From the human T2T-CHM13v2.0 reference genome, Homo sapiens: a stretch of DNA of 64,000 bases. Both the position numbers and the translations under genes were made by a program. Position 1 is the first letter of the stretch. Each line of letters starts with the position of its first letter. Of this stretch, positions 13,886 through 26,235 are shown in pieces. The stretch lies in NCBI RefSeq assembly GCF_009914755.1, contig NC_060939.1, one strand, 5' to 3'. The notes under the pieces were generated by a model. The model was given only the letters and a program-made list of their open reading frames with translations. It was not told the origin of the DNA and searched no databases.

Positions 13886-14478
13886 ACACACAATGGAATA
13901 TTCAGCCTTTAAAAATAAGGAAATCCTGCCATTTGCGACAACATGAATGAACCTGCAAGACGTTATGCTAAATGAAACAAGCCAGACACAGAAAGATAAA
14001 TACTGCATGATGTCACTTCTATGCAAAACCTAAAAAAGTCAAACTCATAGAAACAGAGAGTAGAATGGTTGTTACCAGCAGCTGGTGGGAGGAGGAAGTG
14101 GGGCAGTCTTGGGCAAAGGGTACAAACGTTAACTTATATGATGAGTAGGTTCTGGAGAACTAATATATAGCAGGATGACTATAGCTAATAGCATTGTATA
14201 CTTGAATTTATACTTGAATTTGTATACAGTGTTATTCAAGTATACTTCATTGAATACTCAAAATTTGCTAAGAGAGTTGATTTTCAGTGTTCTCACCACA
14301 CCAAAAAAAAAAAAACCCAAAAAAGTAACTACATGAGGTGATGGATATGTTAACTAGCTTGCTTGGTTGTGGTAATTATTTCACAATGTATATATCTGTC
14401 AAGCACTATGTTGTACACCTTAACAATATCTAATTTTTATTTGTCAATTATACATCAATATAGCTGGAAAAAAAGAAA
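13886..14478 (+). mobile_element. L1 3'UTR (L1MA9/L1MA10/L1MB1 class)
   Basis: acacaatggaatattcagcc...ggaaatcctgccatttgcgacaacatg...ttgctaagagag...caattatacatcaatatagctggaaaaaaa. Confidence 0.9.
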
Positions 14479-14615
14479 ATATAGCTGAGTATAAGCACAC
14501 TTATCCATAGTTGAGGATATATATATTGTGAATAAAGAAAAGGAGATAATTAGGAAGGAAGAGAAGGAGAGGAGAAAGAGACAAATCCCTAGTGAGAGAG
14601 AGTCCAGTTTGGAGA

Positions 14616-14763
14616 TTTTTTTTTTTTTGAGACAAGTCTCGCTCTGTCACCCAGGCTAGAGTACAGTGGCACCATCACAGCTCACTGCAGCCTCAATCTC
14701 CCAGGCTCCAACTATCCTCCCACCTCAGCCTCCTGAGTAGCTAGGACCACAGGTGCGGCCACA
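14616..14763 (-). mobile_element. 5'-truncated AluJ right monomer (FRAM-like) with TSD
   Basis: Flanked by cagttt(t)ggagat on both sides. Confidence 0.88.
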
Positions 14764-14967
14764 CAGTTTGGAGATCTTGATGCCCAAGCATTACTCAAGC
14801 ACCAACAGCCCCAGTTGCCCAGTTTACTGCCTCTAAATTTTCCACTGGGCTCATGAAAACCTGACATCAGTCACATCCATACAGCTTCAAACCTGGCACC
14901 TCATAGAGTCCCAGTTGTTTTCTCCTCTGTTTCCCTGAACACATAGCTCCCAAAACATGTCTTTTTG

Positions 14968-15110
14968 AAGTGGTTTTAATGATCACCTAGGATTTTAATT
15001 TTAAGTGATTTTAATGATCGCCTAGGATTTTATGCTGACCTGGAGTTGGCTTATTTAAGTGATTTTAATGATCACCTAGGATTTTATACTGACCTGGAGT
15101 TGGCTTATTT
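14968..15110. repeat. 54-bp tandem duplication plus truncated third unit
   Basis: 15003-15056 and 15057-15110 differ at 2 of 54 positions; partial unit at 14968-15002. Confidence 0.95.
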
Positions 15111-15164
15111 GCTCCCTGTCATATCTAGAAGGGCACAGCCCAATGTCTCCTGTCTTCATTGTCC

Positions 15165-15465
15165 TTTTTTTTTTTTTTTTTTTTGAGACAGAGTCTCACT
15201 CTGTCACCCGGACTGGAGTGCAACGGCACGACTTCGGCTCACTGCAACCTCCACCTCCTGGGTTCAAGCGATTCTCCTGTCTCAGCTTCCTGAGTAGCTG
15301 GGATTACAGGCACGTGCCACCACACCCAGCTTATTTTTTGTATTTTTAGTAGAGATAGAGTTTCACCATGTTAGCCAGGATGGTCTCGATTTCCTGACCT
15401 CATGATCCGCCTACCTCGGCCTCCCAAAGTGCTGGGATTACAGGCATGAGCCACTGCGCCTGGCC
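15165..15465 (-). mobile_element. AluS (Sc/Y-like diagnostics)
   Basis: Full antisense Alu; TSD tcttcattgtc. Confidence 0.95.
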
Positions 15466-15699
15466 TCTTCATTGTCTCTTTAATCATCATTTCTTCAGGG
15501 TTCACTAAGTTCCTCAGTCAGGTACAAAGGTGGAGTCATCCTGATTATCTGCTAGTTAACAATTTGGGCAGAGAAGGTATGTTAGTGTCTGATGCAACAT
15601 TTTGAAAGGCAGATTCATTCAGCATAAAAGAAAGCTAAAGTCAGAGTTGGGTAAAACAAAAAAAACAACCAACATCTAACACACAAAATAAGATTTCTT

Positions 15700-16239
<540 letters not shown>

Positions 16240-16440
16240 TCACTATATTTTTTTACAAAAATATTTAGCACTTAAAGTCATACCAGTTGTTATTTTGCTT
16301 TATAAACAGCCTAAAATCTTTGCCAAAACTAGGCCACCTCTAAGTTGCTTGAGGCTCATTTCAGTTGCCTTATCTGCTCACTTGCAGTTATGGCTTCTCC
16401 ACAGTATCTTCTTCTTTCCTTCTTTTCTTCTTTTCTACTA

Positions 16441-16751
16441 TGTTGTTGTTGTTGTCGCTGTTGCTGTTTGAAACGGCGTCTCGCTCTGCCATTCAGGTTG
16501 GAATGCAGTGGCACAATCTCTGCTCACTGCAACCTCCGCCTTTCCATGATCAAGCGATTCCCCAGCCTCAGCTTCCCGAGTAGCTGGGATTACCAGCATG
16601 CGCCACCACGCCCGGCTAATTTTCATATTTTTAGTGGAGATCGGGTTTCAGCATGTTGGCCAGGCTACGTTGAACTCCTGACCTCAGATGATCCACCTTC
16701 CTCAGCCTTCCAAAATGCTGGGATTGCAAGCATGAGCCACCACGCCTGGCC
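16441..16751 (-). mobile_element. AluS with (TTG)n-converted tail
   Basis: Full antisense Alu; TSD ttctactatgtt. Confidence 0.95.
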
Positions 16752-16930
16752 TGTTCTACTATGTTCTTTTAATTATTTCTTCAAATTTATATTGAGCCCC
16801 TATCATATGTCACACTGTATCCTTAAAGAGGTCTTTAGTTCACTCAGCTTATGAATACATATTTTTGTGGAAGTTTCTTAGTGCATCTGCTACATTTTTC
16901 AAAAGTATAGATGACTATAATTGCTAAATA

Positions 16931-17184
16931 ACTGTTTTTGCAAACTGTGGACCACAGCCCCCCCATTAGGGGTATAAATTTTATGGTTTGCAACTAGCAT
17001 TTATTTTTAAAGTGAAATAGAATACAATAGAAAATACGTGTGCATCGCAGACAGTAGAGTAGCATTACTTTGGAAACTTTTGTTTCAATTATATATGGAT
17101 GTTTCAACACTCATTTGCATTTGTGTTGCAATGTAAAATATATTTATTACTCGGGGTCTCAGCCAACATCATTTGAAAAACACT
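16931..17184. mobile_element. hAT-Charlie MITE (MER112-like)
   Basis: tgtttttgcaaactgtgg...aaatagaatacaatagaaaata...aacttttgtttca...tttgaaaaacact with terminal inverted ends. Confidence 0.6.
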
Positions 17185-17726
17185 TCCTTGGACTAAAGGT
17201 TCGTAATGTGGAAAATAGGTCTTGTTTTTCTGTCTTCAATTGACCACATTGCTGCCACTCAATTGGGTGGGTTATTACCTCTAATTTTAAGAGAAAGTTC
17301 CCTGCTTGTTGATTCTGAATACCGACTTTAAGAATTGCAAATGATGTTCTGATGTTCTTAATGTGATTGTCTTTTCCTCCATTTATCAATGCATCAGACA
17401 GTGGGCTGCCTGGATAGCATAATTCAGTGACTTTTTGTAAAGGAAAAAAAAATCTTTCATTAGTAATGCACTCATTTATTCTTTTACAAAACACTTTTCA
17501 TCATGTAGACATGGTCTTAGCACCTTGAATGTTAATTATCCACTTTGATGGCACTAGATATTCCTGTGGGGAAAATATATTTGATGAGTAAGACTAGGGA
17601 AAAAGTTCTGAAACATACCTTTCCAGTATGATTTGTGCAAGGCCAAATTTGAAAGGTCACATGGTGTAGGAGACTCCAGGTAAAACCCCATATTTGTCGC
17701 TCCATCTTAAATTATACCCAAGTTCC

Positions 17727-17878
17727 TTTTTTTTTTTTTTTCCTTTGAGACAGGGTCTCGCTTTGTTACCCAGACTGAAGTACAGTGCTGTGATCTTGGC
17801 TCACTGCAGTCTTGACCTCCCGGGCGGCCTCAGACTCCCAAAGTGCTAGGATTATAAGCATGAGCCGCTTGTCTGGCC
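17727..17878 (-). mobile_element. AluJ reduced to one monomer length by internal deletion
   Basis: Right-arm 3' part fused to left-arm 5' part; TSD tata(c/t)ccaagtt. Confidence 0.85.
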
Positions 17879-20245
17879 TATATCCAAGTTTCATGAGTCT
17901 AGAGCTATAGTTAAATTATTTATGGAAATGAATTTCTAAATTATAACACATCATATTTTGGTGATCCAAAAACAAGAATATGATGTAAAATATGGAAAAT
18001 GCACCCGTCTTCCACAATGTATATCCAAGGAATTTTATTGTCAAGCTCATATGTATGTCAAGTAGAGTGGCTTTGACGAAAAACTCCGGGTTGGTTGGAG
18101 TTGAGGGTAAGACGGGAGAGAATTTGATAAACAATGAAGGAAACCACGGTTTCAATAGGAAATCAGTGCTAGAAATTGCGCCGTCACCACTCCCCAGTAT
18201 GAGAGAGAGTGTTCAAGATTAGATAAAGGATAAGAATTCACATCTCCTCTGGATGATGAGCCAATACCCTCATTGCTAGACAGATTAAAAATAAACTTTG
18301 TTTTTGCCTGTGTTTAGTCACAGATCATTTTGGCCCAGAATGGAGTCAAACAGTGTGGATGGAAAAAAATTGCCAAATATTCAATTCATTTAGAACTACT
18401 TGCCTTCTGCAGAAAGAGGCTGGACTTGCTTGGGTTGGTTATTACTCAATGTTTTCTTTTGCCTTTCCATTATTTCTGTTGTAAAAAATCTCTGCAAGAT
18501 CCAATCTAGAAGTGCCCATGGGTTCCAAATTGTAGGATTCGAATCTGTGATTGGAACGAGAAACCTGGCTTTTGAGTTGCATTAACAGAGTCCTCACTAG
18601 TATTTTGACTACCTGCAACACCAAATTTGGAATTAAGAACGTGATCAGATTGATGAAAGAATTGCTACGGAAAGTGCAAGGAACAGCTCTGAAATCTTGC
18701 AGGATTACAGGCTCTCAGTGACCTATTTTGAGCACAAAATTTTAAGGTTGTAAATATTCTTAAAAGCCCTAGAAATGTCCAAGCTGGTGCTTCTGCCACC
18801 TACTCTCATACACTGATTGAAGCACAAGGAGAGATGGCAGGAGGCCAACACAGGAAAATCTCCTACATCCCAGGGACACCAGTCCCTCTGTGTTCCCACA
18901 GCACCTTATCAAAAGGATTGACACATTTGTTACACACACTATCCCCTATCCCATCCTCAGTAAATAAGATAGACCTGGAAGAGAATAAACATGTATCAGT
19001 ATCAATTAAAATTTTTCTTTACCAAGGCATTCTGGTTTATGACTTTATGACTCAGAGAATAAGTCATCTTCTTCATGGTGACTATAAAGGAAGCTCTTGT
19101 TATAATTTACTCTTCTTTTGCCTAGCCACCTGATCTCACTGAATTCCAAATACTGGCATGAAGAAAACCTGATCACCTAAATCTCCAAGACACTATAAAA
19201 CAGGCATTATATATGTATGTGTATGTGTGTGTAGATATATATACATGGGAGAATAAACTAAAAGGCTAATTATATCACTAAAACATATCTTGCTTTAAGA
19301 AAAATATTCTTCCTTCATCGAAGTCCTACTGATGAGTTTCTGCCTTTGAGTACAGGCATCGCCAACACTGGAAAAAAACATCCAGCCATTTACTTAAAGT
19401 CATGCCCTCTGGCTCCTTAAGGATCATGTGACCACTGTGTCATATAAGCTCTCCAAAATACATCTCAGATTCTCACCAAAACGTGGTCTTGCAGTTACAA
19501 CACACCAGGTGAACAGCCCCTGACTGTTTAGGGAGCCCTCCCTGACTCACGTGGGCCTCTGATGAGTTAATATGTGCAAAAGGACTGTACATGTTTAGGT
19601 AATTTACTTATTAAAAACATTAAAAGTTTTTGGCTTTTAGAAATTCAAAGAAAAAGCGACTCTTCAAGTGACTCCTGACCCCAGCTTATCAGATGACGGG
19701 TGTCATTCTGTCAAGGCCTCCTCGCGGACCATGTAAGGAAGGCCATATTGTAGAGGTGTTTACAACTGTATAAGGTTCACGCTGCTCATTCGTGTCAACA
19801 CTAGGCAATGCAGATCAACTAGCCCGACTAGTGGGGTCAGGCACAAAAAGAAAAGCAATGTAGATAAATCCTTATCTAATTAAGGGTCACAGCTCTTTTT
19901 TTTCCCACAACATTTTACATCAAAAGGAGCAAACAAAACTGGAGAAAGCAATCTTCCCTTGTACATTTCCCTACATGGTAATCCATATTTCAGAGGCAAT
20001 TGCTTTAAATATTTAAAGTACTGCAGAGGTGTCAGCTAGACAGCCTGAATTCCACGGGTCCCTGAAAAAGTTGGGCACTACTTTTTGCTAAATTAACTTT
20101 TTTTTTTTTTTTAAGATACTCTGTTTTAGGAGAGAAGACTATCACTTTGTTCCAATGAAAAGCTTAAGCAAGTTGCTGGACTAGATTTGTGGAGTATGCA
20201 GGCATTGATATAGTACCTCACAGTGTGTGTGTGGTGGGGGGGCAG

Positions 20246-20273
20246 GTGTGTGTGTGTGTGTGTGTGTGTGTGT
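20246..20273. repeat. (GT)14 microsatellite
   Basis: Direct reading. Confidence 0.97.
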
Positions 20274-21554
20274 ACACGTGGGTGCATGCCTTGTGCACCT
20301 TTGTTTTATCTAAATTGCAGGCAATAGCAATACAATATCCCCATACAATTGTTCTCGGTCTGGAGTCACTGTGTCTGGGTTTAACTTAGAGGTAAGGGAA
20401 AACAAGTTCTTCAGGTCGCTTCAGAAACCAGCATATCTGAAGTGCATTTGAATATTTTGGTTGATCAAGAGGGATGGTTTTGTCACTGAAATATCTGATG
20501 TCTCATCTCATACTTTTTTAATCCAGTACTTCGTAAGAGGATCTGAGAGCATCTGTGTGAATGTTGCATGCCTGAATAACTGGAAAACACCCGATTTGTG
20601 GGAGTCAACTCTCTTGACAAATCAACTTTCTCTTTACTAGTTTCAGTTTTTAAAAAAACATCTCTAGCTAAGGAGATCTTCTGTGTAAATAGTATTATCT
20701 TGGAGTGATGTCTTTGGCCTGATATAACACTAAATGCCACAGGTCTACCCTAAATCAAAATCTGCAATCTCAATTTTAATTTTTGTTCATTTTGCACTCT
20801 TATGAGGATGAACTCAAAAGTAAATGATTTAGCATTACAAGTTTAATTCTATGTACATTTATAGGATAGAAAATGCACTCACATTATACTCAGATGCCTA
20901 ACTTAACAATTAGCTTCTTTAGCTAAATCTTCTCAAGAACCTTCCATCCCCCATTTAGCTCCGCCTATGTATGGGAAGAGAAAAAAAAAGTTACTCCCTG
21001 CTCCTCCCCAAGATGGTGCCTGTCTACGAAGAAGCTCTCTGTGTCTTTGCGACAGCAGGAAGAGCAGGGATCAGAGTCACAGGGGACTCTGGGTACATCT
21101 GGTGTCTAATGAAGGTTGGCTGGTCTGGCTGGTGCCCACACAGGCAGGAGGTCCTGTCTCACCTGCTGACATGTCAGGCTTCTAGTCTCAGAGGTCCCAG
21201 CTGCCACTGCATCTTGACTCTCATGCTGGCCCTCTGCTAGTGCATGGCCTCAACCCAACACACCTCATCATGGAGGACTGTAGGAACCGCTGAGACCTTG
21301 TGCTGAGCACAGAAGTAGTACAGCCTCAAGCACATCCATCAGGCCAGATGCCATCGTGTGGCTGCAGCGCCAACAGGGCCTGTCACAGTGGTTTCCCAGA
21401 CTGTTCCATGGGAATAGGCAAGGCCTCATGTCCTTGACTCCCCTAAATCTATCTGGTCATTTCTAACACACCTCCACATCTGTTCACCCTACTCTTTTCT
21501 CCCAGTAATGCTTCCTTCATTTGTCCTCACTGGTTCCCTCATTTTTTCCTCTAG

Positions 21555-21965
21555 CTATAAGGACCCCAGAATTTTAGCTCTCCATATGGCTTCTCTGAAT
21601 AACAATTATATTCTCCACCTTCCTTTGCCTCTGGGTGGTCAAATGACTGACCTCTGCTAAGGGATATTAGCAACGTGATCAAATGTGGAAGTGTGGCCTT
21701 CTTTACTTTTTTTTTTTCTTTACTGGGTGAGATGCAGATGAGGTGGACAGAGCTACAGCAGCCATCTTGCACCATGATAAGGAATAAGGATCACGGCAGA
21801 GTAAAAAATAAAAAAGGTGAAGCTTGAGTCTCTTACACTGAAGAGTGCCATCCCAGCCTTGAACTGCCTTCCCCAGGCAGCCAGAAAGGAGAGAAACACA
21901 TTCTATCCTGTTTCAACCACTGCTTAGACTTCCAGTCGCTCGGCATCAAGCCTAATCCTGCCACA
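21555..21965 (+). mobile_element. MLT1 (J/K/L-type) MaLR LTR
   Basis: gagctacagcagccatcttgcaccatga and tctatcctgtttcaaccactg...cctaatcctg. Confidence 0.75.
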
Positions 21966-22073
21966 TCTGTCTCCTTTCTCTCTCCCACATTCTACCTGAG
22001 TTGAAGTGGAGTTTCCTTTTTGTCTTTCTGACTTGTAGAGATGCTATCTCATTCTTGAGTCTCCTGGCTCAGC

Positions 22074-22420
<347 letters not shown>

Positions 22421-22600
22421 TGACAGAAGCAGAGGTCCTCCTCTTGAAGAAACAGATGATCTCATCTTCCAGGCCTGACCTCTAATGAGTTAGCCCGAAT
22501 GTATAGAAATTTAGAGAAGTATTTTCCAAAGGCTGACCTACTAAAGACTCAACAAAATTCTCTACCTGATGTTAAAAGCTGTGTCCTTCACTCTTTGCAG

Positions 22601-22676
22601 TCCCATTAGAATAATTGTGATCCTCCCTGAGACAGCTGAATACTGTGGACAACGTGGGTGGTAGTGGTTGCGGGAG
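22601..22676 (+). other. Candidate non-coding exon (76 nt)
   Basis: Acceptor gtgtccttcactctttgcag, donor GAG|GTAAGT; stops in all three frames. Confidence 0.35.
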
Positions 22677-24160
22677 GTAAGTGGGAAATCATGCACCTGA
22701 AAAGTGAGAAAAGGAATGACATTAATATATTTAAGAAGCATTACATTGCCATTACATATGCATGTATGTATATGTACACTCACAATACTCATACGCATGC
22801 TTGGGTGGATATATACACATATGCAGTATATAATTAAGCAATTCCTGCCCAACCAATGTTAGGCATAAATAAAATATATTAACTTTAGTCTTTTCAGGAT
22901 CAAACCCTCTTCTAAGCTGGCAAAGAACCTCATAACTTCTTCCCACCCTGTACCCCCTCAACAAATGCCCCTCTCCCCAAGTTATTCCTGAATAGGGTCT
23001 CTAGTGTCTCGCTGGCTTAAAGCCTCAGTGAGCATGTCAAAAAGAACCCATCTCTGTGTCCCTTGCCATGGTGCAGATTTGAAGAGCTCAGAGAGGGCTG
23101 GATGGAAGCTCCCACTGCCCCGTGTTGAGTACCTTTGCCAAGTATGCAAACTACACAACTGTGCATGACAGCCAGCTGCCTAAAAGTCACTCGCAGGAGA
23201 CAATTCACCGTATGGCAAACACCCCTGCCCCTCAAAAGCAGGACTCCTCCCTCTCTGGGGGTTCCCCTCCAGGGCTTCCCAGACTTGTCAAACCCTTGAG
23301 ATATGTCACTCTTTAAGTCATGATTATGTGGCTGTTTGGTCACTCTGCATGCTGCCCAGATATGGGGCAAGTCTCCTTTTCTCGGCTCCAGATCACCGAG
23401 TTCCAGATCAATACCACTTGCTATATTTAATAAAAATCCCTAATGTAAACACCTCATGAATATTTCCCTCTCCCTTGGTGATAAAACTTCATCTCACCAC
23501 CCATTCTTCTGCCTCCCCATTTCCCATCCAAGGACCAAAGCACAAAATCTCATCCCCTAGGTCTTGCCCCCCACACACCCCATCCCATCTCATCCTGTAG
23601 GAGGCTCCCCTGAGCTCCAGCTTGGCACTCCTTCAGCAGCTTGAATGCATTGTGTTCCTTCGGCTAGGCATGAGCTGTCTCCTGCGCCCCAGATGGTGGC
23701 CCATTTCACCCCCAACTCAGTAAGTCTGTGGCCCCAGCTCACCTTTCAGATCTTAGCTCGAACATCAGCTGCTCAGGGCGGCCATCCCTGCCCATGCGTC
23801 CTCTCCGTCTGTCCTCTCTCAGGAGCACTTGTTATACTCTCAGGGTCCCCCCTTTTTTTTTTAATGCTTTGCACAAATTGTTTCCTTGCATTTCTGTGTG
23901 CCAGATCTATGCAGACACTGATCCTAAGAGTAGCTTGAGGATATCTTGTTTCTTGACTTCACTTCTTCCCTTGGAAACAGGCATCATATAGGACCTCACA
24001 GGGAATGAATAGAGAGTGAATTCCTCCAAAGCATACAAAACCTAAGAATACGGACTCCTATGTGAAAACCTTCTGATGTAAAATGAAGTAAAATGAGATA
24101 ACAATCTAAAAATGTTTCAGAAGAAAGGGAAAAAAATATACCATAAGAAAGCACAGTTTT

Positions 24161-24478
24161 TGCCAGGTGCGGTGGCTCACGCCTGTAATCTTAGCAGGTT
24201 GGGAGGCCAAGGCGGGCGGATCACTTGAGATCAGGAGTTCAAAACCAGCCTGGCCAACATGGTGAAACCTCGTCTCTACTAAAAACACAAAAAATTAGCA
24301 GGGCGTGGTTGGGCACCTGTAATCCCAGCTACTTGGGAGGCTGAGGTAGGAGAATTGCTTGAACCGGGAGTCAGAGGTTGCAGTGAGCCAAGATCGTGCC
24401 ACTGCACTCCAGCCTGGGCAACAGAGAGAGACTGTGGGCAACAGAGAGAGACTGTCTCAAAAAAAAAAAAAAAAAAAG
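24161..24478 (+). mobile_element. AluS with internal 20-bp tandem duplication
   Basis: Full Alu; TSD aaga(aa/g)gcacagtttt. Confidence 0.95.
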
Positions 24479-26004
24479 AGGCACAGTTTTTGGGTATTTT
24501 CTTTGACATATCCAGGTGGATGTCTACAGGAATGTCTGTATACTTCACTAATTTAGTTTAAAAAAAAAAAAAAGCATTGTGCAACAGTGAATATTGGCTG
24601 GGCTATCTGATGCTGTGCAGCCAGGCAATGTTGATTGATCCAGCTTCCCTGTTTGAATGCTGTGCCTCATCATTGCCTATGCAAGCCATAGAGCTTTTTC
24701 TATATGCCAGTTCTCAGGACAATCTCTTTTGTTGGCCTGTCTCAAATCTTTTCTGAGATGTAAACAGAGTTGTGTTGTGTAGTTGCCATATTCAACAGGC
24801 TCTCAAGAGCCCACTGTGTACCTCTCTTTTAACTCTTCATTTGGTATCATCACACTGGTAGGTCAAAATTGGCTATGGTGGGAATATCACCAAAAGGAAA
24901 TAAGCCAACAGCATAAATCAGGGCTTTATTCCAAAGTGTCAGTTGTTAAACGCTTCCCAGCACATCACTGGAGGTAAGAAAATTCATAACCAAATTGAGA
25001 ATCCTGTTTTTAAACAAGTTAATTTAGGGCCACCAAGTCCTGATCATATTTCTTCTATTCCACTGAAAAGATCATGTAGATCTACTGATTTAACATGGTA
25101 TTGTTAAACCTTCCATACATTTCCTGGGTGAAATTCTGAAGCCACAGTAAGACAAAATAACAAAACAAATTAAATAAAGCCTCTGATGTAGAAGTTTCTC
25201 ATTAAACTTAAAGTTGCTTATCGTCTGACCTCAATGACACTGATTGTGGAATTTCCATGCATCCTTTTTCTCATATGATTAAAAAAAAGTGAATAGGTTG
25301 CTCCATTAGTCAGAAACAATACAGGAGAGTTGATGGGCGGATGGCTGTGGCCGAGATCCACAGGACACCTGGCACCTGTGCTCTACAGATTCCCCTCCCC
25401 ACACCCATTTTCTCCAGTTCTCATGACAGCTCTGATTTCCTCCCACTCCAATTCTTTTCAACTTATTAAAAAATAGATTTTATGCATAATAAAAACTTTA
25501 AAAAATAAATATTAAAAGAGGGAATTTAAGAGTAAGAGTTAGAAACCTGGTTGAGATGAATGACAAATTCTGCCAATAGTTACCATCACTTAAGTTTTAA
25601 AAATGGGGAAGACTCCTTCCATTAATATAACTAGCAATGACCACAACGATTCCTTCCTCTTAAGCTTTGGAGTAAAACAACTCTGTATTTAAACTTATAT
25701 CAAATCACATAAATTCTCCATCTGGAGCCCGATTCTGATAATATGTCCTTTGGGATCCATCTCCCTCTCTGTTTTTACTTGATGTGAATTTATAAATGTA
25801 TAATGCAATCTTCTGGCTCTTTTGGTGCAGAGAATTTCCATTATAGGGCAAAAGTCATCAGTGTCTTTAAACACTCACACCCACACTCCTAAACAGACAG
25901 GAGCATTTTGTCCCATAAGAAACATTTATACAAAATGTAGCATGACCTTAGGACAAAGGAGGCTGACTGTGAAGACTTGAAACCAATAAAGTGAGAGCTG
26001 ACAC

Positions 26005-26235
26005 TTCGATGATATTTATGATGTGTCAGACATTGTTCCAAGCACCTTACATGTATTAACACATGTAATCTTCTCAAGATTCTTAGAGATAGTAATTGGT
26101 ATTATCCCTACTTAATGGTAGACAAAATCAGGGCAAAAAGAGGTTACATGACTTTCCTGGTAGCACATACTGGTAAGTAACGGAGCTGGAATTCAAACCC
26201 TGCATTCTGGCTCTAAAATTTGTATCACTACACCA
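26005..26235 (-). mobile_element. MIR
   Basis: tgtgtcagacattgttccaagcaccttacatgtattaac...gagctggaattcaaaccc. Confidence 0.85.

Noticed and set aside
14968-15110. C/D-box snoRNA-like motifs (atgatc...ctga)
   Set aside because: Box C is non-consensus, spacing is too short, there is no terminal stem, and tandem duplication explains the pattern
16345-16854. 169-aa ORF and other ORFs with [13 protein letters not shown]-type peptides
   Set aside because: Standard antisense-Alu translations
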